Shown: positions 48,489 to 58,689 of the stretch, in pieces
Numbering within the stretch: the stretch's first letter is position 1
How the letters are laid out: every line of letters begins with the position of its first letter
Assembly (NCBI GenBank): GCA_001897835.1
Contig: MKUN01000042.1
Coordinates: forward strand, 447-64,446
DNA length: 64,000 nt
Origin: Bacteroidetes bacterium 46-16
Lineage (GTDB): Bacteria; Bacteroidota; Bacteroidia; Chitinophagales; Chitinophagaceae
Direction: 5' to 3'
Notes under the pieces: model-generated
The model's database searches: none
Told to the model about the DNA's origin: nothing
The model's input: only the letters and a program-made list of their open reading frames with translations
Position numbers and translations under genes: made by a program

Positions 48489-49472
48489 TTAAGCCATTAC
48501 CATTGCGTCCTTATTGTACTTATGCCGGTATTCAAGCGGCGACAGGCCGGTTATCTTTTTAAAAGTAGTTCGGAATGCTTTAATGTCCGAATAGCCTACC
48601 TCATACATGACCTCATTAACTGTTTTACGACTCATTTCCAGTTCTTTTTTTGCCGCCTCTACCTTCACACGCTGTATATACTCAGCCACGGTATTATCAG
48701 TGGCTCTCTTGAACCTGCGCTCAAAGCTCCTGCGGCCAATGGCAAACATACCGGCCAGGCTGTCAACAGTTGTTTTGTCCTGGTAATTGCGCTCAATATA
48801 CTCCTGCGCTTTCCGCACATGTTCATCATCATGTTCCTTCTGGCCCTGGAAGATGATGAATGATGCCTGGTTCTCACGCTCTATCTCTATGGCGAATACT
48901 TTAGCACAAAGCACGGCCATATCATGGCCTGCATATTTATCGATCAGGTGCAGGATGAGGTTAAGGTAGGAGAAGGCTCCCCCGCTTGAGTATATACCAT
49001 GCTCTTCGGTAATGATCTTTTCCGTTATCAGCTCCACTTCAGGGAACATCTTTTTGAATTCATTGGCTGCTACCCAGTGCGTTGCACACTTTTTACCATT
49101 CAGCAGGCCGGTCGATGCCAGCAGGAACGCACCAAGGCATAAGCTGGCAACCTCTGCACCGTTCTTATATTGCTTCGTGATCCAGGGTAAGAAATCGCTG
49201 TTCACATCTATAGCCTGCTGCAGATCGCCGTCTATCGCCGGTATTATGATAAGGTTGGTCTTTTTCACATCCTTCAGTAATACATCCGCATTGACTGTGT
49301 ATAGTCCGCCAGCCACTTTCGTTTCCTGGTCGAGGCCCACTAACTGCACCTTGAATAATGGCGGCATACCCCGCATCTTGCAGAACTGGTTCACCTGCGT
49401 AAATAACTGCCTCGAACCTTCGAGGCTGCCCAGTATAGCTGCTTTCGGAATTAATATCGAGATGTGTATCAT
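48489..49472 (-). CDS. GlxA-type transcriptional regulator (DJ-1/PfpI domain + AraC HTH)
   Basis: DJ-1-like N-terminus (SLCLGAFLLASTGLL) and an AraC C-terminus (VAEYIQRVKVEAAKKELE...GYSDIKAFRTTFKK). Confidence 0.8.
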   Translation of the reverse strand: MIHISILIPKAAILGSLEGSRQLFTQVNQFCKMRGMPPLFKVQLVGLDQETKVAGGLYTVNADVLLKDVKKTNLIIIPAIDGDLQQAIDVNSDFLPWITKQYKNGAEVASLCLGAFLLASTGLLNGKKCATHWVAANEFKKMFPEVELITEKIITEEHGIYSSGGAFSYLNLILHLIDKYAGHDMAVLCAKVFAIEIERENQASFIIFQGQKEHDDEHVRKAQEYIERNYQDKTTVDSLAGMFAIGRRSFERRFKRATDNTVAEYIQRVKVEAAKKELEMSRKTVNEVMYEVGYSDIKAFRTTFKKITGLSPLEYRHKYNKDAMVMA

Positions 49473-49607
49473 AGTTCAAAGTTAAATAAAGCACCTGTCG
49501 CAACCAACCCCTTACAATGCCGTATTTACACCCCACCCCGCAAAGCATCTGTATATAGCTTTGCAGCATAAACGTTATTATAAACATTTCTAAAAAGAGC
49601 AAGAATA

Positions 49608-50042
49608 ATGGCAACGATCAGTCCTTACCTCAATTTTAACGGCAATGCAGAAGAGGCATTTAGCTTCTATAAGTCGGTCTTTGGCGGCGGGTTTCAAACA
49701 ATTATGCGCTATAAAGACATGCCCGAACATGCGCCCGCAGGTGCCCAAAGCTCAGAAAGGATCATGCATGTAGCGCTGCCCATAAGCAAGGAAACCATTC
49801 TTATGGGTTGCGACAGGCCAGAGGCTTATGGTCCCGGCACAAGGGGAGATAATTTTCATGTCTCCGTACAAACCGGCAGCGAAGAAGAAACGAAAAAGAT
49901 ATTCGATGCCCTCTCCATAGGCGGCAAGATCACCATGCCACTTGAAAAGGCTTTCTGGGGTGCTTATTTCGGTATGCTTACCGATAAGTTTGACATTCAG
50001 TGGATGGTGAGCTATGACAATAATCAATTGAACACGAATTAA
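49608..50042 (+). CDS. VOC-superfamily protein (PhnB-like)
   Basis: ISPYLNFNGNAEEAFSFYKSVFGG...FWGAYFGMLTDKFDIQWM. Confidence 0.8.
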   Translation: MATISPYLNFNGNAEEAFSFYKSVFGGGFQTIMRYKDMPEHAPAGAQSSERIMHVALPISKETILMGCDRPEAYGPGTRGDNFHVSVQTGSEEETKKIFDALSIGGKITMPLEKAFWGAYFGMLTDKFDIQWMVSYDNNQLNTN

Positions 50043-50054
50043 TACCGGAAGACC

Positions 50055-50627
50055 ATGATAATCATACTGATCATCATCGCGGCTATAATAGCAACCCCCT
50101 TCATTGCGGCTGCATTTACCTCCAGCACTTATATCATTGAGCGCGAAGCGGAGATCGGGCAGCCTGTTCAGGTAGTATTTGAGTACTTAAGGCACCTGCA
50201 AAACCAATCACATTATAATAAATGGGTGATGGCTGATACCAAAACGAGGCGTGTATACTCAGGTACAGACGGAACTACAGGAGCAACGGTTAGCTGGGAT
50301 AGCGCAAACAAAAACGTTGGCAAAGGTGTGCAACAAATAATAGAATTATCAGATGGCAAGCGGATAGACTACCGTCTCGAGTTTGAAAAGCCTTTTAAAA
50401 ACATTGCCTATACCTATCTAGTAACAGAAACCATCGGGGCAGGCCGTACACGAGTCAAATGGGGCTTCACGGGTGAGCGTGATTATGCCCTCCGGCTCGT
50501 GCATATATTATTCAACCTAAAAAAGGTATTGGGTAATGACATACAAACTAGTCTCGGCAATTTAAAAGCAATTTTGGAAAAGCAATGGTCTAAACCTGCA
50601 GATGTGGTTTACACACACCACCGGTAA
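50055..50627 (+). CDS. SRPBCC-family protein with N-terminal TM anchor
   Basis: The hydrophobic N-terminus is followed by a ~150-aa polyketide-cyclase-like fold pattern. Confidence 0.5.
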   Translation: MIIILIIIAAIIATPFIAAAFTSSTYIIEREAEIGQPVQVVFEYLRHLQNQSHYNKWVMADTKTRRVYSGTDGTTGATVSWDSANKNVGKGVQQIIELSDGKRIDYRLEFEKPFKNIAYTYLVTETIGAGRTRVKWGFTGERDYALRLVHILFNLKKVLGNDIQTSLGNLKAILEKQWSKPADVVYTHHR

Positions 50628-50649
50628 TTTTTTTTGAGAAACATTTTGA

Positions 50650-50692
50650 GAAACCAAAAGGTTGCATATATTTGCGAAACCAAAAGGTTGCA
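50650..50692 (+). promoter_or_regulatory. Two exact 17-nt direct repeats GAAACCAAAAGGTTGCA (candidate ArsR-family operator)
   Basis: Copies lie at 50650-50666 and 50676-50692, each containing AACC-N4-GGTT dyad symmetry. The second ends 4 nt before the ATG at 50697. Confidence 0.45.
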
Positions 50693-50696
50693 AATA

Positions 50697-51056
50697 ATGA
50701 GAAGAGATGTATTCCAGGGCATTGCGGACCCCACAAGAAGAGAGATATTGAACATGGTGGCGCATAAGTCACTCAACATGGATTCTGTAGCAGAACATTT
50801 TGATGTAAGCCGTACAGCGATATATAAACACATCAAAATACTGACAGAATGTGGACTGGTAACGGTTAAACAACAGGGACGCGAACGCTATTGTGAAGCA
50901 AAGCTCCAAAAACTGGGCGAAGTATCTGACTGGATAGACCAATACAGGCAATTCTGGGAAACCAAACTGGACGCTCTTGAAAAATACCTGCACGAATTAC
51001 AAAATGTATCAACACCAAAAAACAAAAAAAATAAAGATCATGGCAAACAAAAATGA
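50697..51056 (+). CDS. ArsR/SmtB-family transcriptional regulator
   Basis: FQGIADPTRREILNMVA...VSRTAIYKHIKILTECGLV. Confidence 0.85.
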   Translation: MRRDVFQGIADPTRREILNMVAHKSLNMDSVAEHFDVSRTAIYKHIKILTECGLVTVKQQGRERYCEAKLQKLGEVSDWIDQYRQFWETKLDALEKYLHELQNVSTPKNKKNKDHGKQK

Positions 51057-52026
51057 GCTCATAAGCGAGGCTGGCAGCCGGGAAATAATAACCCGTCGCA
51101 TCATTAATGCCCCACGGGAACTGGTATTTGATGTATGGACAAAACCCGAACATATAGTGAACTGGTGGGGCCCTGACGGCTTCAGCAATACGATACATGA
51201 AATGGAAGTAAAACCGGGTGGCACCTGGCGCTTCATGATGCATGGACCCAATGGTATGGATTTCCCCAATAAAATAGTGTACAAAGAAGTGGTGCGGCCT
51301 GTAAGATTAGTTTACGTACATACAGATGATACAGAGGAGGAGCGCCATCTTTTTCATGTTATCGTAACCTTTGAAGAAGAGGAAGGTAAGACCATACTGG
51401 CCATGTATATGCAGTTCCGGACTGTTGAAGAACGCGACAGGGTAATAAAAGAATACGGCGCATTGGAGGGCAACAGGCAAACAATGGATAAACTCGAAAC
51501 TTATCTAGACAAGATAAAACAGGCACCTAAAGAATTTGTCATCGTTCGGGAGTTCAATGCCCCGCGTGAGCTGGTATTCAAAGCATGGACCGAAGCGGAA
51601 CACCTTTCAAAATGGTGGGGGCCAAAAATTTTCGATAACGCAATAAAAACGTTCGATCTCAGGCCGGGTGGCATATTTCACTACAGCATGAAAACGCCTG
51701 ATGGCAGTATCATGTGGGGCCGCTTCACATACAAAGAGATCATAGCCCCCGAAAAGCTGGTATTTACTACATCCTTTTCTGATGAGGAAGGTAATATAAG
51801 GCCTACAACTATGCTCCCGGTATTTCCGCTTGAAATACTGAACATAGTGACCTTTGAAGAAAAAAACAATAAGACCATCCTTACGCTTAAAGGGCAGCCT
51901 GTAAATGCAAGCGAAGAGGAATGCAAGGTATACTATAGTATGTTCGACAGCATGAATGCAGGCTTTAGTGGCACCCTCGATATGCTGGATGAGCACCTGG
52001 AAACAATACAAGAAACCGTAAACTAA
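51040..52026 (+). CDS. Tandem SRPBCC (AHSA1/Aha1-like) domain protein
   Basis: Two repeats: RIINAPRELVFDVWTKPEHIVNWWGP and EFNAPRELVFKAWTEAEHLSKWWGP. The ATG at 51040 overlaps the ArsR stop. Confidence 0.85.
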   Translation: MANKNELISEAGSREIITRRIINAPRELVFDVWTKPEHIVNWWGPDGFSNTIHEMEVKPGGTWRFMMHGPNGMDFPNKIVYKEVVRPVRLVYVHTDDTEEERHLFHVIVTFEEEEGKTILAMYMQFRTVEERDRVIKEYGALEGNRQTMDKLETYLDKIKQAPKEFVIVREFNAPRELVFKAWTEAEHLSKWWGPKIFDNAIKTFDLRPGGIFHYSMKTPDGSIMWGRFTYKEIIAPEKLVFTTSFSDEEGNIRPTTMLPVFPLEILNIVTFEEKNNKTILTLKGQPVNASEEECKVYYSMFDSMNAGFSGTLDMLDEHLETIQETVN

Positions 52027-52102
52027 GACTTGCCGCACAGCCCGGAACATTTATGCGACTACACAGAAACCATTAATTATTGAACAATAAAAGTTAATCC
52101 TC

Positions 52103-52507
52103 ATGAAAAAAATAAACATTATCTACTGGACCTTTACGGGCATATTTGCCGCACTGATGCTATTCTCTGCCCTGCCCGATGTGCTCAATACTGCCGATGC
52201 AGTAAAATTCATGACTGCACTCGGTTACCCGGCATATTTTACACCTTTCATAGGTGTAGCAAAGATACTGGGCTGTGCAGCACTATTATTACCGGTATCA
52301 CCAAGGCTCAAAGAATGGGCTTATGCAGGGCTGGCATTTGATCTTATCGGCGCTATCTATTCACAGCTTGCGGCCTTTCCCTTTTCCCCGGCCATGCTGT
52401 TCATGCTGGCATGGATCATACCCGGTATCATATCCTATCTCTTTTTCCATAAAAGGATAAAAGCAGGACAGGCAAATAGATTCAGCAGTATATCTGCGGC
52501 CTTATAA
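52103..52507 (+). CDS. DoxX-like family membrane protein
   Basis: 4-TM protein of 134 aa. GVAKILGCAALLLP is typical of the family. Confidence 0.65.
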   Translation: MKKINIIYWTFTGIFAALMLFSALPDVLNTADAVKFMTALGYPAYFTPFIGVAKILGCAALLLPVSPRLKEWAYAGLAFDLIGAIYSQLAAFPFSPAMLFMLAWIIPGIISYLFFHKRIKAGQANRFSSISAAL

Positions 52508-52522
52508 TTTCAACTACAGGAC

Positions 52523-52729
52523 ATGGTAGAAGTATTTAAAACGGATGCAACAAAGCATAAGGAAGCAATGCTGCTGACCGCCCTGTATGAAGCTTTCCCG
52601 ATGTACAGGATCAACTTCGACCTCGAGGACTGTGATCATATTTTAAGAATAGAAGGCGACAGCATTTGTAATGAAAAGGTAATAGGCCTTATGAGTGCGT
52701 ATAATTGCTTTTGTGACGTATTGGAATAA
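52523..52729 (+). CDS. Hypothetical 68-aa protein
   Basis: ATG lies 13 nt after the DoxX stop on the same strand. No motif. Confidence 0.3.
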   Translation: MVEVFKTDATKHKEAMLLTALYEAFPMYRINFDLEDCDHILRIEGDSICNEKVIGLMSAYNCFCDVLE

Positions 52730-52807
52730 TTACAAAAACATAAAAGAAGAATTTTAAAAATAACATATTTTCGCTCCTCAAATTTATTCCGGTATTGACC
52801 GGTCATC

Positions 52808-54205
52808 ATGGAAACAACACGTACCCCGCGAACATCCGCCAAAGTACTGGCGATCATACGCCAGTCACTCAACGGCGAACAGCAGGACTATACACAGGGC
52901 AGCATATCCCGTGCAGTATTCCTCCTGGCCATACCAATGATACTGGAGCTAAGCCTCGAGAGTGTATTCGCCGTAGTGGATATGTTCTTTGTAGGCAAGC
53001 TGGGACAGAATGCCATAGCCACTGTGGGGCTTACCGAGTCTGTCATCACCATCGTTTACTCCGTAGCCATTGGCCTTAGTACGGCAGCCACGGCAATCGT
53101 AGCGCGCCGTATAGGCGAAAAGAATACTGCAGGGGCTGCTCATGCTGGCGCGCAATCATTACTGGTCGCTGCCCTGGTCATCATAATAACCAGTATAACA
53201 GGGGCCGTTTTCGGCGACAAGATATTGGAGCTTATGGGCGCGAGTGCCGAAGTGGTAAGGGACGGGGCCATATTTACCCGCATTATGTTTGGCGGCAGTG
53301 CTGCCATCATGCTGCTGTTTCTTATCAATGGCATATTCCGTGGTGCGGGCGATGCAGCTATGGCCATGCGCAGTTTATGGATAGCCAGTATCATCAATAT
53401 TATACTCTGCCCTATTTTCATTCACTTCTTTGGGCTCAAAGGCGCCGCAATAGCTACAGTAATAGGCCGCAGTACCGGCGTAATATATCAATGCTATCAC
53501 CTGTTTAAAGGCAGTGGCATTTTAAAGTTCAACAATGAGCATTTTCGTTTCGATCCGGCAATAGTGAAGTCTATTATCAATATTGCATGGCCGGCCACCC
53601 TGCAATTCATCATCGCGAGCGGTAGCTGGATCGTACTGGCCAAACTGGTAGCCGAAACTGGGGGTACAACAGCATCGGCCGGTTACCAGATCGCTATACG
53701 CAATGTGGTGTTCTTTATCCTGCCCGCATGGGGCCTCAGCAATGCAGCGGCTACCCTTGTGGGACAAAACCTCGGGGCTAACCAGGTAGAACGGGCACAG
53801 CAAAGCGTGTTCCTGACAGCGAAATACAATGCTATTTTCATGAGCTTTGTTATGCTCCTTTTCGTATTCTGCGCCTACCCTATCATCAGTTTCTTTACCA
53901 AAGATGCAGCCATCATGCAATACGGCGCAAAGGCCCTGCAGATCATCGGAACGGGTTATATTTTCTATGGTATTGCCATGGTGATGACGCAGGCATTGAA
54001 CGGTGCCGGAGATACACGCACACCCACCATCATCAACTTCGTTTGCTTTTGGCTGTTCCAGGTGCCCCTTGCATGGTATTTATCAAAAGCTACAGGCTTA
54101 AGATCAACAGGGGCCTTCATTGCAGTACCTGCAGCAGAAACATTAATAGCCCTTGTGGCCTGGTATTATTTCAGAAAAGGTAAATGGAAGGAAGTGAAAG
54201 TATGA
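52808..54205 (+). CDS. MATE-family efflux transporter
   Basis: 12-TM protein with AIPMILELSLESVFAVVDMFFVGKLG at the N-terminus and the internal duplication typical of MATE. Confidence 0.85.
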   Translation: METTRTPRTSAKVLAIIRQSLNGEQQDYTQGSISRAVFLLAIPMILELSLESVFAVVDMFFVGKLGQNAIATVGLTESVITIVYSVAIGLSTAATAIVARRIGEKNTAGAAHAGAQSLLVAALVIIITSITGAVFGDKILELMGASAEVVRDGAIFTRIMFGGSAAIMLLFLINGIFRGAGDAAMAMRSLWIASIINIILCPIFIHFFGLKGAAIATVIGRSTGVIYQCYHLFKGSGILKFNNEHFRFDPAIVKSIINIAWPATLQFIIASGSWIVLAKLVAETGGTTASAGYQIAIRNVVFFILPAWGLSNAAATLVGQNLGANQVERAQQSVFLTAKYNAIFMSFVMLLFVFCAYPIISFFTKDAAIMQYGAKALQIIGTGYIFYGIAMVMTQALNGAGDTRTPTIINFVCFWLFQVPLAWYLSKATGLRSTGAFIAVPAAETLIALVAWYYFRKGKWKEVKV

Positions 54206-54208
54206 CGA

Positions 54209-55408
54209 TTAGTTTGGCTCATAAGCCAGGACTATTTCGTAGTCTACGTTACGTAACTCATGTGACACTTTACCAATAGGGAGGTCTTGCCTTTGGGGTG
54301 TAGGCTCACATACAGAGTATTTGCTGCCATTATAATCTATCGCTTTTCCAATGGGCTTATCAAATTTTACTGCAATGGTCAGGTGATGAGGGTAAGCCAG
54401 CACGATCATGGGCAAATTATATATCTCCTTTACGAGATAGTAAAATAAGGCAGCCCTGTCTTCGCAATCGCTATGGTCATAAAGCAGGGTCTGCTCTGCC
54501 GACAGGTGCTTTTCTTTACCAAAATTGTCCTGGTCGGCTTCATAAGCAAATGCATAACGTGTGAAACGCATCAGGTAATCAACCCCATCCCTTACATTCA
54601 TACCATGTATATTCTCTTTTAATTGCGGTATAAGTGATGCATAAGTGCCCTTGCTCAAAGGCATATCGAAATACGACCTGTAGTCCGTTACAGGATAGTT
54701 GGCGAGTATCGTCTTCACCTTGTCGCTCGTTTTTACCTTGATACGATATTCCACATCACGGTAATTGAATTCAAGGTCTTTCTCCTTATAATCGCCTGCA
54801 GCAAAATTGGGCATATGCGTAAGCTTATAAGAGAAACTCGTTTTTATACCCGGTATATCCACTTCTACCTTGTGCAGTTTGTGATTCACGATATCTATGC
54901 TCACATAGTCATGATAATTCAGGCACACATACTGCTTACCGTTTTCGGTATGGTAAGGTATATCATATATATTATCATTGCTTTGCACATAGAACATCAG
55001 CTTATCACCCGCCAGGCACAGGTTGGCATCATAACCCGTCTTATTGAGCAGGAACCACTTATATAAAGTATAACGGTAGTAATTATCGGCTTTGGGACTT
55101 GCGGTCTCTGCCGTTTTACGTATGAGTTGGTAAAAAAGCCAGTCATCCGGCTTGTTTTTCTTTTTATATGCGAGTAATTGCTCTACAACAGGCTGATAAT
55201 CAGTAGCACTGATACGTTCATAAAACTCCCGGATGCTTTCGTCCGACAAAGGCCCCGTGTAATCTACAACAGCCAGGTATTCACAAGGTAAGGCTATCGT
55301 ATCCCCGTAAAAATCCAAAGATGCTCTTTGTCCCGAAGGTTTACCATCAACCCCGGAGACATATATGAACATGCTAATGATGAGCGATATGATATACTTG
55401 AGCTTCAA
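54209..55408 (-). CDS. Hypothetical secreted protein
   Basis: Signal peptide. The C-terminal region has HSDCEDRAALFYYL...AYPHHLTIAV, which could be a transglutaminase-like Cys/His core. Unverified. Confidence 0.4.
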   Translation of the reverse strand: MKLKYIISLIISMFIYVSGVDGKPSGQRASLDFYGDTIALPCEYLAVVDYTGPLSDESIREFYERISATDYQPVVEQLLAYKKKNKPDDWLFYQLIRKTAETASPKADNYYRYTLYKWFLLNKTGYDANLCLAGDKLMFYVQSNDNIYDIPYHTENGKQYVCLNYHDYVSIDIVNHKLHKVEVDIPGIKTSFSYKLTHMPNFAAGDYKEKDLEFNYRDVEYRIKVKTSDKVKTILANYPVTDYRSYFDMPLSKGTYASLIPQLKENIHGMNVRDGVDYLMRFTRYAFAYEADQDNFGKEKHLSAEQTLLYDHSDCEDRAALFYYLVKEIYNLPMIVLAYPHHLTIAVKFDKPIGKAIDYNGSKYSVCEPTPQRQDLPIGKVSHELRNVDYEIVLAYEPN

Positions 55409-55435
55409 TTATTATCTGTTAACATTAAAGTTACT

Positions 55436-55468
55436 AAAACTTAACAATAACTTAATGTTAAGTTTTTT
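55436..55468. terminator. AT-rich hairpin between two minus-strand genes
   Basis: AAAACTTAACA (55436-55446) pairs with TGTTAAGTTTT (55456-55466). A/T runs lie on both sides. Confidence 0.35.
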
Positions 55469-55550
55469 AGAGACATCTTACCACAAACGATATATAACTG
55501 AAACGCATATTTGAATGGTGGCTATGAGTAAAAAACCTTGCTATAACGTA

Positions 55551-56150
55551 TTAGCCTTTTAGTAACCAGTAAATACCCTTTACGTCTGTTTGCCAGTCTG
55601 GCAGAAGGTATACAAGCACTATCTCTTCGGCCAGGTCGATGAGCGTGGAAATAGCGGCGAGATAAAAAAAGATGGCGGGCAAACCGGGCCATAAAAAAAT
55701 AAGGATCAGGAATACCCCCTGCAATATGGCGGCAACCTTGGCACTGTAGGTATGAAAGCTGCTGATCTTCTTATAACGGATCAATGCTGAAATAAGCTGT
55801 ATGAGATATAATACAAGCATTATTACAATCAACACGATCTGCTCTCTTACGAAAGCTGGCTTAAGTACAAAAACACCCACTATGGCAGCTACAATGGTTA
55901 GATCATCGGCCACCGAATCGATCCGGGAACCTAAGATGCTGGTTACCTTGTACCTCCGTGCCAGGTAGCCATCAATAAGATCGGTGAAAAAACTTATGGG
56001 CAGCAACCATTTAAAAACATCTGCATTACCGGCAATTATTAAATACACCAATACAGGTGCTATAAGCAACCTGTAGAGGGTAATACCGTTTATCACGTAA
56101 TAGCTCGGCTTGTGCATACAATTCAATATTGCAGGCAATTGACTATACAA
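55551..56150 (-). CDS. CDP-alcohol phosphatidyltransferase family protein
   Basis: Exact family motif DGYLARRYKVTSILGSRIDSVADD (DGx2ARx8Gx3Dx3D). Confidence 0.85.
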   Translation of the reverse strand: MYSQLPAILNCMHKPSYYVINGITLYRLLIAPVLVYLIIAGNADVFKWLLPISFFTDLIDGYLARRYKVTSILGSRIDSVADDLTIVAAIVGVFVLKPAFVREQIVLIVIMLVLYLIQLISALIRYKKISSFHTYSAKVAAILQGVFLILIFLWPGLPAIFFYLAAISTLIDLAEEIVLVYLLPDWQTDVKGIYWLLKG

Positions 56151-56151
56151 G

Positions 56152-56931
56152 TCATTTTTGCGCTGCTATAAAAAGATAGTCCCCAAACCCATTCTCATAG
56201 CCCTTGATCACATTATTTATCTTCCCGGTCCGGATATCCTCTTCCAGTTTTAAAAGTCCTGCAGCTACTTCAGCATGGTTGGCAAGGGCTGTAAATCCGG
56301 AAGTATTTTCACGCATTTCCGGTATAAGGCAGCGTTCAGGCTCATGCTTACAGGAGTACATGAAATGGTCTTCCAGGTCTGGTCGCACAAAATATTTTTC
56401 AAAGTTCACTGTACCAAAACCGGCATCTTTGACAAAACGCTCCATTTCACTAAGCGCGGGAATAGTATTAGCGGCACGGTCTATCATCCCGGGAAAGTAG
56501 TGGGCCAGCCAGTATCCCTTTACCTGCTCCGGAGTAAAGCTAAAGCTCACAAATCTGCCGCCCGGCTTTAATACCCTGTATATTTCCTTCAGGCCTTGCG
56601 GAATACTATCCCAGTGATGCATGGTCAAAATAGCGGTGACCCCATTAAAAAAATGATCGTCAAAGGGTATATCTTCAGCCTTGCAGCATGTAAATTTCAC
56701 AGCGGGGTTTTGCCTCATTGCCTTTTCCAGCATCGTCTCAGATGGATCAATACCATAAAACGACAAACCCTTTGCACTCAATGCATGTAAATAATTGCCC
56801 GTACCGCAACCTGCATCCAGGTATATGCCGTCTTTTACCGGCGCTAAAAGATCATAAAATTTTCCAGTAAGGTACGGATCTGCTTTCCTTGTAGTATTAT
56901 ATCCCTTGCCTATTGTATCATACAGTACCAT
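56152..56931 (-). CDS. Class I SAM-dependent methyltransferase
   Basis: YLDAGCGTGNY motif I and LKPGGRFV post-II motif. Its stop is 1 nt from the downstream gene start. Confidence 0.8.
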   Translation of the reverse strand: MVLYDTIGKGYNTTRKADPYLTGKFYDLLAPVKDGIYLDAGCGTGNYLHALSAKGLSFYGIDPSETMLEKAMRQNPAVKFTCCKAEDIPFDDHFFNGVTAILTMHHWDSIPQGLKEIYRVLKPGGRFVSFSFTPEQVKGYWLAHYFPGMIDRAANTIPALSEMERFVKDAGFGTVNFEKYFVRPDLEDHFMYSCKHEPERCLIPEMRENTSGFTALANHAEVAAGLLKLEEDIRTGKINNVIKGYENGFGDYLFIAAQK

Positions 56932-57028
56932 GGTGATGATTTGATAAGCAAAATAAGCAATAGCAGTTAAAAATGATGCATCCTGTTCGTTGAACAGGAT
57001 GCATCTTAAAAACCTTATAGCAGTTATC

Positions 57029-57982
57029 TTAATAATAGTTTAGTGCATCGATGGCTTGCTGTATCGCATCATCTGTTGTCTCTGTAAAGTTGAGTACCTC
57101 TGTATCATTATTAACTGTAGTTATCTCCTTTTCAGCAAGGTAGTAGTGCCCGTCCTTTATACAGAAGGCCAATAATTGGGCATTCACCCCTACTGGTATG
57201 GTGTTATCATAACTCTTTACACCGTTGCCATCAGGCGTGTATAATTGCGCCGCTACAAGGCTGCCTTGCACACATAAGAAAACGAAAGTATTGCCGCTGC
57301 CACCCAAATAGTTGGCCAGCTCTCCCGGGTTATCGGGCAGCGATACATGCATTGTGGTTTTCGGTGAATCGATCGCATAAAATACATCACAATTGATCCA
57401 GCCAAGGTTACCGAAGTCGAACTCAAAACCTTGCTGTGTAGCCTTAACTGTTCTGCCCTGTAATATATTCCATCCCATCTGCTGGGTACCGTTCACATTG
57501 GTATCGCCCTGCCATAAGAAAGTATTATCGCCATTGGTGCCCGGCATTACTATGGTCATTGGGCTTGGCAGGGGATCATCAACACTGATCCCGTTCGATT
57601 TAATGTCTATATATACAAAGCCTTTGGAAGTGAGCAGATCACCACTACCAGTATTGGTATTGGTCCCGCCAAGTATTACATCACTTCTCTTTAATACTTC
57701 AATAACGCTTACGGTTATATTCCCGGTCACTATTTGACCATTCAGTGTGATGCCTGCCGGTATAGTGATCTTTGTGCCGCCAGTAAGTGTTATTGCCTGG
57801 GGCAGGCTGCCGGTGTTCAAAATGAATGTTTGTGTCTTCGGCCCGTATTTTTTTACAAAATCGCCCGCATTATTGAGTGTGCTGTTTGTAGCGGGTACTG
57901 TGGTCTTGCTGTCCTTTTTACATGCTGTATAACACAGCACGCATGTAGCCGCCAATGCAGCAATGAGTAATTGCTTTCTCAT
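57029..57982 (-). CDS. Hypothetical lipoprotein
   Basis: Signal plus lipobox (CYTAC). T/G/N-rich beta-type sequence. Confidence 0.45.
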   Translation of the reverse strand: MRKQLLIAALAATCVLCYTACKKDSKTTVPATNSTLNNAGDFVKKYGPKTQTFILNTGSLPQAITLTGGTKITIPAGITLNGQIVTGNITVSVIEVLKRSDVILGGTNTNTGSGDLLTSKGFVYIDIKSNGISVDDPLPSPMTIVMPGTNGDNTFLWQGDTNVNGTQQMGWNILQGRTVKATQQGFEFDFGNLGWINCDVFYAIDSPKTTMHVSLPDNPGELANYLGGSGNTFVFLCVQGSLVAAQLYTPDGNGVKSYDNTIPVGVNAQLLAFCIKDGHYYLAEKEITTVNNDTEVLNFTETTDDAIQQAIDALNYY

Positions 57983-58353
57983 ACAATAGTCTTTTTCGTT
58001 TTGCCTACTCTCTCTCCGGGCTTTTCAGCTTCCGCCCTGTGCTCTTTAAAATGATCCTCTTGTGTATAAATAATAAACTCTAAGAGAGAAAACAGGTAAA
58101 GAATATTGCGCAAACAGTATGCCAGTTAAGGCTTTCCTAAAATTATTTGGCCTATCCTTCCAGGCGTTTCGCATTAAATCATTGATTCACAATACTGAGC
58201 ATTTGTCATATTTATTTCAAAATTTTTTTGCTGCTAAGAAATTGACCGCTTCGCAGACCTTGTTCACCGACCTCTTTATGCAACTTACCTAAATCAGCTT
58301 CATAGCATCAAAGACACCGGGTACTTTTACATGGTTTTAATAAGAAAGGAAAA

Positions 58354-58572
58354 ATGGATAACGGAACAAGAGTATATAATGACATTTTCAGAGACCTGGT
58401 GTTAGGGGTTATATTCCTTATTGCGATACCCCCTCTTTTGATATGGGAGCTTTCATTGGCGCAAAGCCTCTTGCTCCCCCTGATGATCGTCAATGCTGCG
58501 CTGGCAGCTTCAAGTGTCTATTTTTTGCATAAAGCTTTCAGCCAGGAGCGCAATAGGTTACAATTGTTCTAA
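58354..58572 (+). CDS. Possible small two-TM membrane protein
   Basis: 72 aa with two hydrophobic helices, upstream of the histidine kinase. No other support. Confidence 0.3.
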   Translation: MDNGTRVYNDIFRDLVLGVIFLIAIPPLLIWELSLAQSLLLPLMIVNAALAASSVYFLHKAFSQERNRLQLF

Positions 58573-58689
58573 GGCTATGTTAAATAATAGCTTAGCCAAT
58601 ACATAATTATTTATATATTTTTTTTCATAAAGAAATTTGCAGTATTTTGTACGCCAAACATAGGCCACTAGCCTGTTTGTATCTACCCC

